64,000 bases of DNA from Takakia lepidozioides (Eukaryota; Plantae; Bryophyta): contig CM060733.1 in assembly GCA_030704615.1 (NCBI GenBank), positions 36,146,001 to 36,210,000 of the forward strand, written 5' to 3'. A model generated the notes under the pieces. That model ran no database searches. It saw nothing but the letters and a program-made list of their open reading frames with translations, and was not told where the DNA came from. Below, in pieces: positions 1 to 12,830 of this stretch (position 1 is the first letter of the stretch; each line of letters begins with the position of its first letter). The translations under genes were made by a program, and so were the position numbers.

Positions 1-2430
1 TGTGGGATGCTCAGAACCAACCGCGCCGTTTCCATCTATCACCTGCTTTTCATATGACAGAATCTCGTCAAGGTACAGAGGACAGGGCTTTGTTCTCCCT
101 TTCCAGGCCTCCTCATTTTGAAGAGACGTTTCAATGTTGAGACGAAAAATGCGGTCAAACACTCTTCCTGCAAAAGCCCGACTGCTCTCTCCATCCTTCA
201 CTTCAAAGGCTTGTGCATCATTGTTGGCCTCAGGGGGGACGATTCCACCATCAGCAGTGGAAGTCCGCACATCCAAATCATTGGCCTGGCTTCGGTCTCC
301 AAACAGCTTTGCAAATGCTAGCTCTTTTGCCCAGACTATGCAATGGATTGGCTGCCACACAAAAGCACAATAAACACAAATAGAGAGATTCAGTGACTAT
401 ATGTCAGAATGATAGTACAAGGTGGATTGGTGCAGCACTTGCGAACTTGCTCTAAACATTATCACTAGGAAGGAACTAGTGGGATGCAAGCAGGGGACTC
501 TGCTTGTATTCAATTTCAGCTTCTTCATCAATCTACTCACATACACCTCCATACAAACAGATGCACTACTCCGGCATATCTCTCCTCAGAGCCTTTTGTC
601 CAGAAAGATTCTTTTGAGCATATGAATATGTACAGGAATGATAGAGAGTACCTTAGAAGGGGTGCTAGTGATGGTACAGACAGGATACGTTTTAGGTGCA
701 GGCTTAGGTTGACATTCATAGCACTCCGTGTGCCCCTTGACATGCACTGTCACCTGCAAGGTAAGAAAAATATGAATTGAGTGCACTTGCACTGAAGCTC
801 CTTGAATTAAGATGCTGGAGCGAGGGCCAATCTAGCGACACTGGCATAAAGTTTATACCTGACCAAGGTAGCCAGTTGTGCCACTTTCCACCAACGGCTT
901 TCCAGCAGCCAAGCACATGCGGTTGACATGTCGGCGTGCATCCAGGTTGTCAAGGCCATTAAGTATCACACTGAACTGTTTGAAAAAGTCGATGTCGAAC
1001 TCAGGGCTCTTCACATTGCCATGGTGTGCCACTATGTCCACTCCCGGCCTAATCTTGAGAACTGCCTCACGAGCCACCTGGTGCCACAAACCTGAATAAG
1101 GGACCCTGCATAAGGACACCTGCCTAGACACCTCCCAAACATGGGTGAATCTCAAACAATCAAAGAACACTTCTAATATCCGAAATGAAACTGAAGAAAA
1201 AAGCTCGCTCTTTTCCACCATAATATGCACCATCCAGATGTTTGAGTATCTCATACCTTGGCTTTGGACTGCCCCACATGACGCTTGCGGAACAGGAACT
1301 GTCTGTTAAGGTTGCTTACTTCTATGGTGTCCATGTCAATCTGCAAACACATCACCAAGGCAGAACCCACTTAGAGAGATATAGACAGAAAGATGGGGAG
1401 GGGGCATGAGCCTCAACGCAATATTCTCAAGTCATATATCACAACAGGAGAAAACGCACAAAGCATTTGATTTTGGTGGAATGCTTTGAAATACCCGACA
1501 AGGTAGTAAACCGACTCTTTGACACGGCGGTACCACAACCATCCAACATTTACAAGGTCACAAAAACTTTGGAGGCTCCATCGACCCACATTAAAACCTG
1601 CAAAGTTTGCTATTATTTGGCAATATCACATAAAGGACATAAAAAGGGAGGCAATATAAGCAAAACAATCCCCCACCCTTCCATTTGGAAAGAAGAAACA
1701 AGTGAAACAAAGCCACTGGCTTCCTCCTCAGGTTACTGGTTTGGAGAACTCCCCCAACTAGTGGTGGTATACAATGGTTTGGTGCACACCGACTTGTTAG
1801 AATCGACAAATATTCAGTCTGCCCTTTAGCAGTAGGGCTGGAAGCGACATCTGCTTGTGCCTCTGCATTTAGCTTGTCAAAGATCTCCGGAAGTCCCACA
1901 AAGTAAACCCTTACAGCTAAACTGTGTCCAGTCTCATCCAAGCGCACCTTCTGTTTTTTTGAGGAGCACGCATTCCCCCATCTAATGCTATTCACAATTC
2001 TTATATGCCTCACCAACCAGGTGCAGGGTTTATGACAGAGGGTACAACAACAAAACCAAAGCAGGAAAGGGCCTGGCAGAAGGCCCTTAATATTAAGCTG
2101 ACACACTGACCAGATGAATGTGCTTGAACCCAGTCAAGACGAGTGTCTTCAGCAGCTCACATCCAATGCCACCCGCCCCCACCATAAGTACCTTCGCTCT
2201 CTGCTCTCATCCCAGACACATATTAGCAACCGAGCATTGCATCATGGGTAACATCATAATCTGGAAAAATTGAACGAAAAGACGCATGATACCAACTGCT
2301 CCCCAGCTGGGAAGGTCCGTCAAGCTCCAATTCAAAGGGACGGAGCCCAGAAAATGAAAACACCGGAAGTGAAGAGAGGTAGCAGGACCCGCACCTCAAT
2401 TCCCACGCGTTCATCCTCGGAGGCCATCAT
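1..2430 (-). CDS. SAE2: SUMO-activating enzyme subunit 2 (UBA2/SAE2), 5' part; gene continues beyond the left edge
   Basis: Exons 2430-2395, 2200-2111, 1340-1257, 1077-859, 753-652, 351-<1, all GT-AG and phase-compatible. Translation includes [46 protein letters not shown] and [20 protein letters not shown] (catalytic Cys). Confidence 0.95.
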
Positions 2431-3126
2431 ACCGACAAACCCCAAAAACCTGTCTGTCTGTGTGAAGCGCAAGCCCAATTCTTTCTTTCCGGTTCCAGAA
2501 ACAGGCCGGAACCCAAGTCTCCAAACCTTCCCTCTCCTCAACTTGCCCCTCTTCTCGGGTAGTCTTAGACAGGGCACGCACCGATGGCTCTCAACAAGAA
2601 TCTGTGTGTGAACGTCGCCCTCCCTCTCACACTGCCTGCCCACGTTTTTACTATTTACTGCTCATATTCACGAGTGCGGTAATTGGATGAAACAAGTTAT
2701 CATCCATCAGGAGTTGTCCATTTACATTCTGTTCATCTTTCTTTTTTTCCTTTTTTGTTTTGTTTTTTTGTTTTTTTTTAACAGGGGGACACTGGAGAAA
2801 GAGAAGTAGGGATATCTGGGCTAACTGGCCCCGGCTTAACTTAATTACCATGAGCAGTGAGAGGAGAAAATAACCAAGTAAGCCGAGCACAAGGAGCCCA
2901 AGAGAACATACACCCACAAGGTAGCAGGATTTGAACCCAAAGTCATCTGTGTAGCACTCAGTGCACTATCCAATGGAGCTACCTGCTGGTGCACTAGTAA
3001 GTTAAACTATGAATTCTATTAACAAAGACAAAAACAAAAAAAAGTAGGAAGAAGAAGATGTGGAAGAAGAGCTGCAGCACCATAGCTGCACAAGGCAAGG
3101 AAGTGACAGTGAGTAGTGTGGTCACC
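2431..3126. promoter_or_regulatory. Probable bidirectional promoter between SAE2 and GPT
   Basis: Divergent start codons only about 700 bp apart. Inferred from gene geometry only. Confidence 0.5.
2737..2989 (-). mobile_element. tRNA-derived SINE-like element
   Basis: Minus strand: Pol III A box TAGCTCCATTGG (2981-2970) and B box GGTTCAAATCC (2937-2927), 32 nt apart, then a ~150 nt body and an A-rich tail (T-rich on +, 2737-2779). Does not fold as an intact tRNA. No clear TSD. Confidence 0.6.
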
Positions 3127-6100
3127 ATGGATGGCGTTGCTCGAAGGAGGCGGAGCGAGGAGACAACTAAATCTGATGCTCCGAAAGAAACCCATATGCC
3201 TGTTTCTGATTCTCCGACTCTGAGCATCAAGTGGAAGAAGATATGCATATTTGCGGTGCTGTGTCTGTCGCCCTACTCTCTTCTGCTCTACTTGTTGGAT
3301 CTGGAGAAGGCGGTGATGAAATCCATCCTCATAAACCTGGCAATGAGTGTGGTGGCGTTTTCCATGACGATGTTTCTTATCCCAGCTGCGTCCACTTACG
3401 TGTTGAGGAGGAACATGTTCGGTTATGACATCAACAAGAAGGGATCTCCCGGTGGCGCTGTCAAAGTGTAATCTCCTAATCTGTTTTGAGCCTGTCTCCT
3501 CTCTCCTGCTATCTTGGACGAACTTTTTTGGGGAATCACTAAAGCAGTGAAATACATCTTCCTGATTCAGCTTGGTCTAGTCTCAATTGTTCCTTCCCCT
3601 CTGCCATCCTATAAAAACTCTTCGTAATATGACGTTTGTTGCCGTCTCATGTTTGCGATCTGCCTTCTTCCTCTAGGTTGCACTTTGTTTATTCGTTTGC
3701 ATTTTGTTTATTCTTAATGGTTGTTCTTTATCATCCAGGGATATGTCTCTTTGTCTTGAAATGTTTCAGTGTACTTGCAGGTTTAGATTATAATTTCTGA
3801 GTACGCCGTATATTCTGCAAATAGTGAAACGGGTCTAGACTATATCTGAAGGGTGTTGTGCGATGGCAGGCCGGAGTCGCTGGGGTTGGTGACAGGAATT
3901 GTGTACTTGGTCGTGACCATCCTGTTCCAGCATTTCTACTTCACGCCTGATAACGCTGTATGCGATAATTTCCAGCCTTTCCTGCGGTAATTATCCCTCT
4001 AGGTTTTCTATGCAGCGTCACATATCCGCCTGCCTCTGTTGGATTGGCTCTTCAAAGAGGCAGACATTGACTGTTCCGCACGAGAGTGGAAGACGGATAT
4101 GTGACTGGTCCAGCAGAATCTGTCTTCTCTGTTTTGCAATCCCTTACGAAGTGATCCTGTGATGCCCTTGTAGTTCCTGAGTTGTAGCTGAGATTTAGAG
4201 CCACTTTGGGCTGGTTGAGTTCCTGATAGACGTTCCAATACTGCATCTGAGAAGGAGAGGTCCACAGAGGTCTTTTGATGGACTAGTTTATGGCTTCTGA
4301 GAGGCTTGGGTTATTACTGGCAGACTGCAGCCTGTGAGCTGCTGCTTCTCAAAGTGCGTGCTTCAGATTTGTTATTTCCTGTCTGCAATTGGATCTTAGC
4401 ACCCCTTGTGCTTAAACTTTGCTCATTTGGGCAAGGGTTGTGTCCGTCTAGAATTAATATAGTATGCGTGTAGAAGGTCAGCATGAAGTATAAGTAACTA
4501 TATTGAGCAAAGGATGGCAGATAGTCATGGAAACTCTGGACTCACTAATGTGTCAGGCAGTTATACTTGTAGTCACTTGAACAAAGGTTTAGATGTACTG
4601 AATTATCTAGTGATTTAGTTTGTGGGTGTAGTTTGTCTGTACTGTAGTTAGAGTGGTTGATATAGAGTATGCTTGAGGAGGTGAGGTGGCGTGTGTCTTT
4701 GTGCAGTGGCTGACCGAGTACAATGCAGCACTAGCATGTATCTGCTTCATGCTCTTCTTAGGCTTTGTCGATGACGTCCTGGACATCCCATGGCGTGTGT
4801 ATGTTCTACCTTTCTTCTGCTTTTGGTTTAATTAAGAGCATGTACTGCCACCACTTTGCAGTTGTCTCATCTGATTGACAAGCCTGTCGATGGGCCTTGC
4901 ATCAAACCAAATCTGTGAGGCTATTGTAACCAGTTCCTTCTTGTGATGAATCCTCAATATGCATGAGAATATGCAGAAAGGAGTTATTTTGGTCCTTTAC
5001 ACTGGTGATTTGGTCTTCTTCTCCAGGCAACAGGAGCTTAATGTGGTGCATTGTGTGCAGAACAAGTGATTATTCCCTGTGCCTGTATATGTGGATGTGG
5101 TCTCTGGATTCAGTATAAACTCCTGTTTGGAACGGGGTTGTATTTTGCAGAAAGTTGATCCTGCCATCATTTGCAGCACTCCCCCTGTTGATGGCCTATG
5201 CGGGCAGGACCAGTATCATCATTCCAAAACCCCTGCGGGCCTCTCTTGGTTTTGAAAAACTGGATCTGGGTAAGCCCTGTTCCCCCTATGAAGTAGGGAT
5301 AGTTAATAGGCCACCATGATGGTTGTAACTGTGGAAGAGTGCCTTTTTCTCAAAACTATGTTGGTTTATAAGCATATTCACTTAGTAGTGGTTGACATGT
5401 GCACTCTTGGCAGGCTGGGTGTACAAGCTGTACATGGGCTTATTAGCTGTGTTCTGCACCAACTCTGTTAATATCTTGGCTGGCGTAAATGGATTGGAAG
5501 TTGGCCAGACTGTCATCATTTCATCTGCGGTAGGCGCTCTGGTATTGGTGTTTTCTTGTGTCTGGTATGTTTTAAGGGTTAGAAAGAAAGTTGCTGAAAC
5601 CTGTAAAAAGAGAACCTATCTTGGCGTTTCTCTGAGTAAGTGCAGCTTGGTGTTGACTATGCAGGTATTGATTCACAATGTGATGCAAATTGCATACACT
5701 AGTGGAGAGACACGTCAAGCCCATGCCTTCTCTGTCTATCTCATGCAGCCCCTTGTGGCAACCTCTCTTGGGTTGCTGGCTTTCAATTGGTAAGTGGAAA
5801 CTCACTGTTTGGTCTCTTCAAAGGGCCAATTGTTCACCTTGACTTCATAAATACAAGACACTGCCTACTCTGACATGAGAATTTGAAATGTGGCTTGCTT
5901 TACATTTGAGGACTAGTGGGACTCTTTCCTTGGCTCTGCAGCCAAGCTGTTATATAGTTTATGACCATTCCGGGTGATCCTTGCACCCTGGGCTAATGGG
6001 TTGGGGCTCTAAGCAGCAGGAACGGTGTCTGATATCACCACCTGTGGTGGGTTGGTGCAGGTATCCGTCATCGGTATTTGTAGGTGATACATTCACTTAT

Positions 6101-7391
6101 TTTGCAGGGATGACCATGGCAGTGGTTGGCATTCTTGGTCATTTCAGGTAAGGATTAAGATTTTTTCTAGTGTTGTGCGAGTGAAAGATTATTATGTATC
6201 ATGAGATGCCTTTCCGCAACTTGCAAATTATGGATGATCAGAAATAGGTATGGCATGATGACTACGCACACACGGGGTATTTTTGTACCCTGAAAATCAG
6301 TTGTTCATATGTTGTGTGCAGTGAGACATTGCTACTGTTTTTCTTGCCTCAGATTCTCAACTTTCTTTACTCCATCCCCCAGGTATCTATATCCTCTACC
6401 TCTTAAGCACATATGCTGGAAGACTTCCAGGTTTATTATGTATGCTTTCCAGGATTATGAATTGGTGGAAAACTCTCACCAGTGCAAATGAACACATCAA
6501 AGTTTGGTGCCACAATTGATTAGGTGCATGTGGTGGATCCAGCTAATGTACCAAGGTGTCCTTGGTGTGGAATGTCTGGACAGCTCTTCAAGATTGTACC
6601 ATGTCCACGGCATCGTTTGCCAAGGTAATGAACAAGTGCCACACCATTTCCCCTGTGCTGCCTCAGAACTATGCCAGGTTTCTGTTTCTCTTTTTCTCAT
6701 GATGTGGTGCAACTGAGCAATCTTGTAACTAGGTTGATGCCATGCGCTGGTGCTGGTAGCTCAAAGTAACAGTGATATTGTTGGGGTTGGTATGACTTAT
6801 CAGTTTTGATCCAAAGACGGGTCTTTTGACTGGAAGCAATGATATGAATCTGGTGAATCTCTTCCTGCGCTGGTTTGGGCGCTGTTCTGAGCAACAGCTC
6901 TGCATACGCCTTTTGTCGTTCCAGGTATGATGTATTCTGTTTGTGCAGATCATGATGGCAATGAATTTTTATGTCGACTGCCAAGCTCTCTTTTTTATGC
7001 GTTGCTTTTGTGTTGGGTCTTTCTGGAGATACATGGATCGTTTCCTAAAAGACCTGCGGGGGGAAGCTAGTCGGCCTAAATATGATGATGTCAATGGTCC
7101 CCTACATAGTCAGTGTCCCTCATGAGGTTAAGACTGTATTTCTGTCGTTCAAATGTTACTGACACTGACATGGATATTTGCATTTATCTTGTAAGCAATC
7201 ATTCGCAGTTATTTCCTGGTGCACATGTACAGTTCCATGGCACTGTTTTGACCACTTCGTGCAAGAGCTTTTGCTGTTGTATTTGCCACCACTGTATGAC
7301 TGATGTGGAAATGAAAGTATTTCTGCTGCAGGCACTGTCGTGTTTGCTCTGCTTCGGTCTTCGATATCTAATGGCGGGTTGGTATAAGTGA
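3127..7391 (+). CDS. GPT: UDP-GlcNAc:dolichol-phosphate GlcNAc-1-P transferase (ALG7/DPAGT1/GPT)
   Basis: 11 exons (~3127-3467, 3870-3957, 4707-4798, 5151-5269, 5414-5529, 5665-5789, 6061-6146, 6322-6382, 6584-6624, 6804-6924, 7332-7391). Motifs [64 protein letters not shown]. The start could instead be the upstream in-frame ATG at 3058. Confidence 0.95.
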
Positions 7392-8784
7392 TTTACTGGC
7401 TACATCTCTTTTACACGTTGGTTGTCAAACCTTCATTACCTTATCCAGAGGCAACTTTTTAGTGTAATTCCTCTGGCAGATGTGCTTTTATTGCACACAA
7501 AATACTCTGAAAGGGATTGTAGGCCTGGGCCTCCTAGATGCATTTGAACTGAAATTTGATGGGGCTACCCATAGTTGGTTTTAAATTTTTTTGCCTTCAG
7601 TGAAAAGTGAGGCCTCATTTTATTTAGGGCTGCGGGGTTCACATGAGGACACCACTTATTGGGTTGCATAACCCTAAGTAGGCCCCCCCCCCTTAGCACG
7701 GTAGGGGGAAGATCTTTCATCTCTGCGGAGGGAGGGAGGGGAGGGCAGAGATGACCTAGATAGTGCTGGATAAATGGGATTAAGGGTAGGGACCGCACTT
7801 GCACTAACTGGGTCATCTCTTCCACACCTATTTGTTGGATACTCACATTTTAAGACTTCTTCAAGCTATACCTGATGCCAGGCGAAGACCCTTAAGGCCT
7901 TACGAAATTTGTAAGGTGACGATTTTGGGGGACCATGAAGGGACAAGTTGTTTTTTTCCGCTGGTGAAGGGCAGCTGATGAGGCCCTTCCACCGTTTTTG
8001 AACGAAGTGAACTCAGGCTAGTAACACATATGATCCCCACATATGATCGTGGGCTCTACTCAATGTGGGGCACCTTTGGGATATGGGTGGGCCCTGGTAG
8101 TCTGACTGGTATGTTGTAGGACCTTGGAAAGGCCCACTTGTACCCGGTCCATCCAGCTTGTACCGAGGGTGACCATATATTTAACCAATTGATGGCCATT
8201 AGTTGGTTTTATTCATGACCAATGCTAGTGTTGTAACCAGGGTAACCAGATCTTAACCATGCTTTCCCAATGGAGACCTTGGTCAACATGGGTACTTGGA
8301 CTGCAAGTGCCTAGGTGATGTTTCCTGAAAAATCTACACTGCAGTTTGGTTAAGCTAACCCTAGTTCAGCACGCCATGAGTTGTGTGCACTTTGCATATA
8401 CTTTATTGGTTTCATGGTCTTAGTCACTGGTGCTGTGCCTTCTTCACTTTATCCTCTTCAGCCCAGCAAGGACTTTCTCAGTTTGTGGATGCAATTTTGT
8501 CATGTGCATCCAGTATGTTTAGTATGCCATCTGACAGGTCCCAGACAAATATGATATCAAACGAAATTAATTCAAAGGGTTATTAACCTCAATGCAGCTG
8601 TACCTGGCTCATCTCTCACTTGCATCATTTTTCTCATCCTTGTTGTATCCCCTTATCTGCAGGCAGCAGCATAGATGCATAAGTAGTAGTGTCTTGTGGA
8701 TCTCACTTGAGAAGGTTACATCTCTGTTACCATGAATTCTGCAGGCACTAAGTCAAGCCCCCCACACCGCTGAATCGGGTTGGA

Positions 8785-9140
8785 GTGGCATACACGTCAA
8801 ACAAGAGCAGTCTCCAGCATGATGTCTGTTGCAATCCCAATTTTGATGATGTCACTGTGGACCTCTTGGCCATTTACCAGGGCTTCTGGGTTTGGCACAG
8901 GCCTTGAGAATGTAGATGAAGGTGACTTTGTTTGGTAGCACCGCATCCCTTATCATCTGCTCATATATCCCAAAAGCCTCCCTACCATACCCCTGCAGAG
9001 GGTATCCTGTGATCATCGCACTCCACGAAACCACATTGGTGTGGGCCATATTGTGAAACACTTCCTTGTCAGCATGTATGCTGACAAGGACAGTCTCCAG
9101 AATGACATCTGGCACAACTCCAGCTTTGATGACTGCAAAC
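8785..9140 (-). pseudogene. PLS-class PPR gene fragment (decayed)
   Basis: PDVILET..NVVSWSAMITGY..GREAFGIYEQM..PNKVTFIYILKAC, closely resembling the repeats at 28.4-30.8 kb. Frameshifted, internally deleted and cut by a TE at 9141. Confidence 0.85.
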
Positions 9141-9424
9141 CAATGTATTTCTTTCTGGCAAAAAATCCCCAGATTTCGACCTGGAAACTCGGTCAGCTAC
9201 TTGTACAAAGGAATTATGGGGGGTAAAATCTGAGATTTTCGCCAAAAAGCACCAGGAGATAAATTTCAGGAGCCTAATTTTTTATACGTGGACCAATGAT
9301 AACGTGACACCTGGAATAGAGCCACTTTTCTAACTTTATCACCTCGATATGCTCGCCACGTGGGCACTGGGTGGAAATCACAGGCCCCGCCAACGATTTT
9401 GGAAATATGGAAAAAAAAACACTG
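9141..9424. mobile_element. Short hAT-like MITE inserted in the PPR pseudogene
   Basis: Imperfect TIRs CAATGTATTT / AAAAACACTG. The flanks share ACTGC (partial TSD), and PPR-like sequence resumes at 9425. Confidence 0.55.
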
Positions 9425-9449
9425 ACTGCCATGGCGCCTAGGTTAAATC

Positions 9450-10425
9450 CAGTGTTGGGCTGTTCTTAAATTTTTTTAATATCCGCAGGGTCCGGATACT
9501 TGACAAATTAGTGAATGATATATCCTGTGGATCCGAATATTAGAATAAATTGCATTTTTTATTTTATTTTTCTTCCAGAACATGGACGGTGCCATGAGAA
9601 CTTTATTAATTGATTATTGAAAGGAAAAACATTAAAACCCTTTAAATGCCCGCAGGCTGCCATAAGGCATAACACACGGAGGACGTTGCTGGATAGATCT
9701 AGGACCATAACCGAGAGTGGACTCATTATGAACCTATAGGGCTCGATGCCTTTTCTAAAACCTTGAAGACTTTGGTAAAATCCTCAAGAATCCATTAACC
9801 GTAACGGAAGTAGGTCTGGATCTACGACAGTGGACAGAACTGAGAACAGTGAAGCCGAAGGTTGGTGAGGGAGAGGGTGCATGGAGGTGGCCGGGAGAGT
9901 AGGAGAAGAGCAGGGCGAATCTGATGAGGCTAGAAGATGGGAAGCACTTGCTAATTGGCTTGCATTTCTAATATCCACCGGTTATGCATAGTGGAAGTTC
10001 TTAAAAATCTGCCGGATATAAATATGTCCGGATATTTAGATTTTAATATCTGGCGGTTATAGAGTAATCCGGATATAAATAATCATGAAATATAATTTTT
10101 TGTTAAACAGGGGGATTGTAGCCCTGATTTAACTTTATTGAGATTTACTCGCAATTGTTTTTTAAATCAATTTAAATTATTAAATTTCTAATAAAATATT
10201 TTTCTTTTCTTTTCTTTTCTTGTATCCGGTTGAGATCCGGTATTTTGGCTACATATCCGGATACAATCCGGTTATTAAACCTTTAGGATCCTATCCGGAT
10301 CCTCTGTTTTACGTATCCGCCAGATATAAATAATAGCCGGATATCAAATTGTTGCCAGATCCGGATCCGGATACATTGATATCCTACTATTGATATCCTG
10401 ATGACTCTATATCCGCCCAACATTG
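9450..10425. mobile_element. Non-autonomous hAT element
   Basis: 11-bp TIRs CAGTGTTGGGC / GCCCAACATTG (1 mismatch). 8-bp TSD GTTAAATC (9442-9449) / GTTAGATC (10426-10433). Many internal ATCCGGAT-type subterminal repeats. Confidence 0.85.
9551..9960 (-). mobile_element. 5'-truncated LINE 3' end nested in the hAT element
   Basis: T-rich tail, then CAGAAC..GGACGGTGCC..ACTTTATT (AATAAA on -). Homologous to 11478-11680. Possible TSD TTGCATTT (9550 / 9960). Confidence 0.65.
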
Positions 10426-10891
10426 GTTAGATCCCCCTTGGGCCAAATGGCAATGGCCCAGCCCCAGCTCCCACTATGGCGGCTGGGAAGGTCCTATAAA
10501 GCCAAAAAAAAAAAAAAAACACCTCTTCCCAGGCCCTCTTTGGGATTAATGGGGTTAGTATGACCCCTTGGCCCTTTGATCTGCTGAACCTGCTCTATGG
10601 TCAGTCCACTTCCTAACTGGTTTTCAGCTTAGCTTTCATCAAAGAATCTTAAAAAATCAACACTTTCATATTTAAAATCGAAGAGACTACCGTAGGTTCA
10701 TAGCATATTAGGCACCCCAGTGCCTAATAATTATTAAATCTGGAATATTATTAGGCAGATTCGTTTTTATTATTTAAGCACCTCACCTAGGTATTTTCCA
10801 AACATTAGGCATGTATTACAGTCAACCCTGGATAAATGTTACTTGCTTTTTTGTTATGTCACCCTTATTCAGTTTCGGTGTGAGGCTATGA

Positions 10892-11217
10892 GAGCCATTT
10901 TTATAAAGCCTTTGTTTACAGCCACGACTCCTGAAGTGGAAGTGGAATGTACTCTTAGTTGCTTAGAGGTACCAGATTTCTATCTTGATGTTGAGGTGGT
11001 GGAGAGCATGAGTCGCTGCCTTGGAAATTTGCATATTGAAGACTCAGATGTATCGAGCCATTGTTACAGAGACTTTGTTTACAGCCACAGCTCCTGAAGT
11101 GGAAGTGGAATGTACTCGTAGTTGCTCAGAGGTACCAGATTTCTATCTTGATGTTGAGGTGGTGGAGAGCATGAGTCGCTCCCTTGGAAATTTGCACATT
11201 GAAGACTAAGATGTATC
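10892..11217. repeat. Tandem duplication, 2 x 163 bp
   Basis: GAGCCATT..TTTGTTTACAGCCAC..CCAGATTTCTATCTTGATGTTGAGG..GAAGACT recurs at an offset of 163. Confidence 0.9.
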
Positions 11218-11477
11218 TCACTTGAATGGGGATGAAGACTTCAAGGATGAGCATATGTAGGATGTTGAAGACTCATTGGAAGGTCCTTTGGAGGTTGTAT
11301 GGACCTAGGGAGTTGGCCTATACTTTTTGAACATTTATGGAGGGCATTTGGTTTTTGTTTTCAATAGAAATTATATAGAGTAGGATTTTTTAAGACAATT
11401 TTACCGAATTAGGCACTTTTCATATTATTTTCCAACCTTTTAGGCATAAATCTTGAAAAATCACATATTTGCTTAGG

Positions 11478-12280
11478 TTTTTTTTTTTTTGGCAGAACGG
11501 GGACGGTGCCCCGGGAAACTTTATTGCTTTGAGAAAGAAGGGAAAAAAATTAAAACCCTTAAGAGTTGCCATAAGGCTTTACTCACGGTAGGCCGTGCTG
11601 GATAACCCTGGATTAGTAACCCAAGAGTGGCCTCTTGGCATTATATGGGCACAGGGCTCCGAGAAACCCATCATTAGAGCGAAAAAACGAGGATGAAGAC
11701 TAAGCCCTAGGAATGAAAAAGATAGCGAATAGAACGGAAAGAAGGAACCCCGTAGGGTAACTGAGTGACTGGTGGAAGCAGACAGGAGAGGGAGAGAAGA
11801 GGGCACAGGTTTTTGTAGAAGAATTAGCTGGAGATCCTAAGAAATTGGAGTTTCTATCTATTGAAATGGAGATGAGCTGCTGATGCCGATCGAACGTGCT
11901 TCTAGTTGAGTTCTGATCTTTCAAATTCCGGGGAGGCTGAAGAGGTTCCCTCTTCTTCCCTGCCAGCATGTGGATATACCGTTTGCCCAAACACAGGTGA
12001 GCCATCCACTTTGCATATGATCCCATGCTTGCCCCTAGGTAGCTCGGAAGGTATGGATGAGGGAGGACTCACGCTCTGGCTTAATTTCTTGCAACCGCTG
12101 CACAAAGCAATGCCCAAGCTTTTTTAGTAGCAACAGATAGATCAAAGAAAACCATAGTGAGGATGGCAGTTGGAAATGTATTCTCGCAGTTAAGAGCCCA
12201 GGCACACCTTCCCTTCCATAGATTCCATAGAACTGAAGTTCGAAGAGCTAAGACTGGGCAATCAGAGACAGTTGATTTTT
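11478..12280 (-). mobile_element. 5'-truncated L1-like LINE nested in the Tc1/mariner-like element
   Basis: Poly-A tail (T13 on +) and AATAAA. Minus-strand translation near 12190-12260 gives VLWNLWKGRCAW, the WxxWxxR motif of the L1 ORF2 C-terminus. Confidence 0.7.
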
Positions 12281-12830
12281 CCCTTGGATTGTAGTTGAGG
12301 AGGATTTAAATTTAATTTGTGCCTTGTATGAACCTACGGTTACAAGACGAGTTTATTTCGGGCGTGCGAAACTGACAGCACAGACGTCCGGACGCCTGCC
12401 GGAACCCTGGACCGCGGGCGTCCGCCGGGTCAAATCCCTGCCCCTCGTCGAACCATCCCCGCCCCCCTCGCCTTGGTATTATCATATCATAATCCGTGGT
12501 ATCTGCCTCATTTCTTTGAATTTACAGTAGGTTCTGTAAATTCACTGGACGTTAAAGAAACTTTATCTTTATCTTTGAAAGAGGTTATTTTCTCCTCCCA
12601 CTGTCAGGTGGGCTTATTCATCATTTGCTCTGCTGCTATTAATTTATTATGGCATTATGTACCGCTGTTTGCGTTTTTTTGGGGCCTGATGCTGTGTCAT
12701 CCATAGCCACAGGAGGAATGTGCTCTGGACATTCAATTTTACCCCAAATCAGTCAGCAAGTAATCTTCAAGGTAGCCCTTGCTCACAAGTTGCCACTCAT
12801 GTTTCTGCAATTTGTATATCCTCCCTAACA

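Larger units (their letters stand above)
10690..12339. mobile_element. Tc1/mariner-like non-autonomous element
   Basis: Perfect 14-bp inverted repeat ACCGTAGGTTCATA (10689-10702) / TATGAACCTACGGT (12327-12340). TA|CCGTA left end. Internal TAGGCA/TGCCTA motifs. Confidence 0.7.

Noticed and set aside
2920-2989. Functional tRNA gene
   Set aside because: A and B boxes are present, but the acceptor, anticodon and T stems do not pair properly. Treated as a SINE head.
7560-8370. Possible MITE downstream of GPT
   Set aside because: Composition looks TE-like, but no TIR or TSD pair was found.
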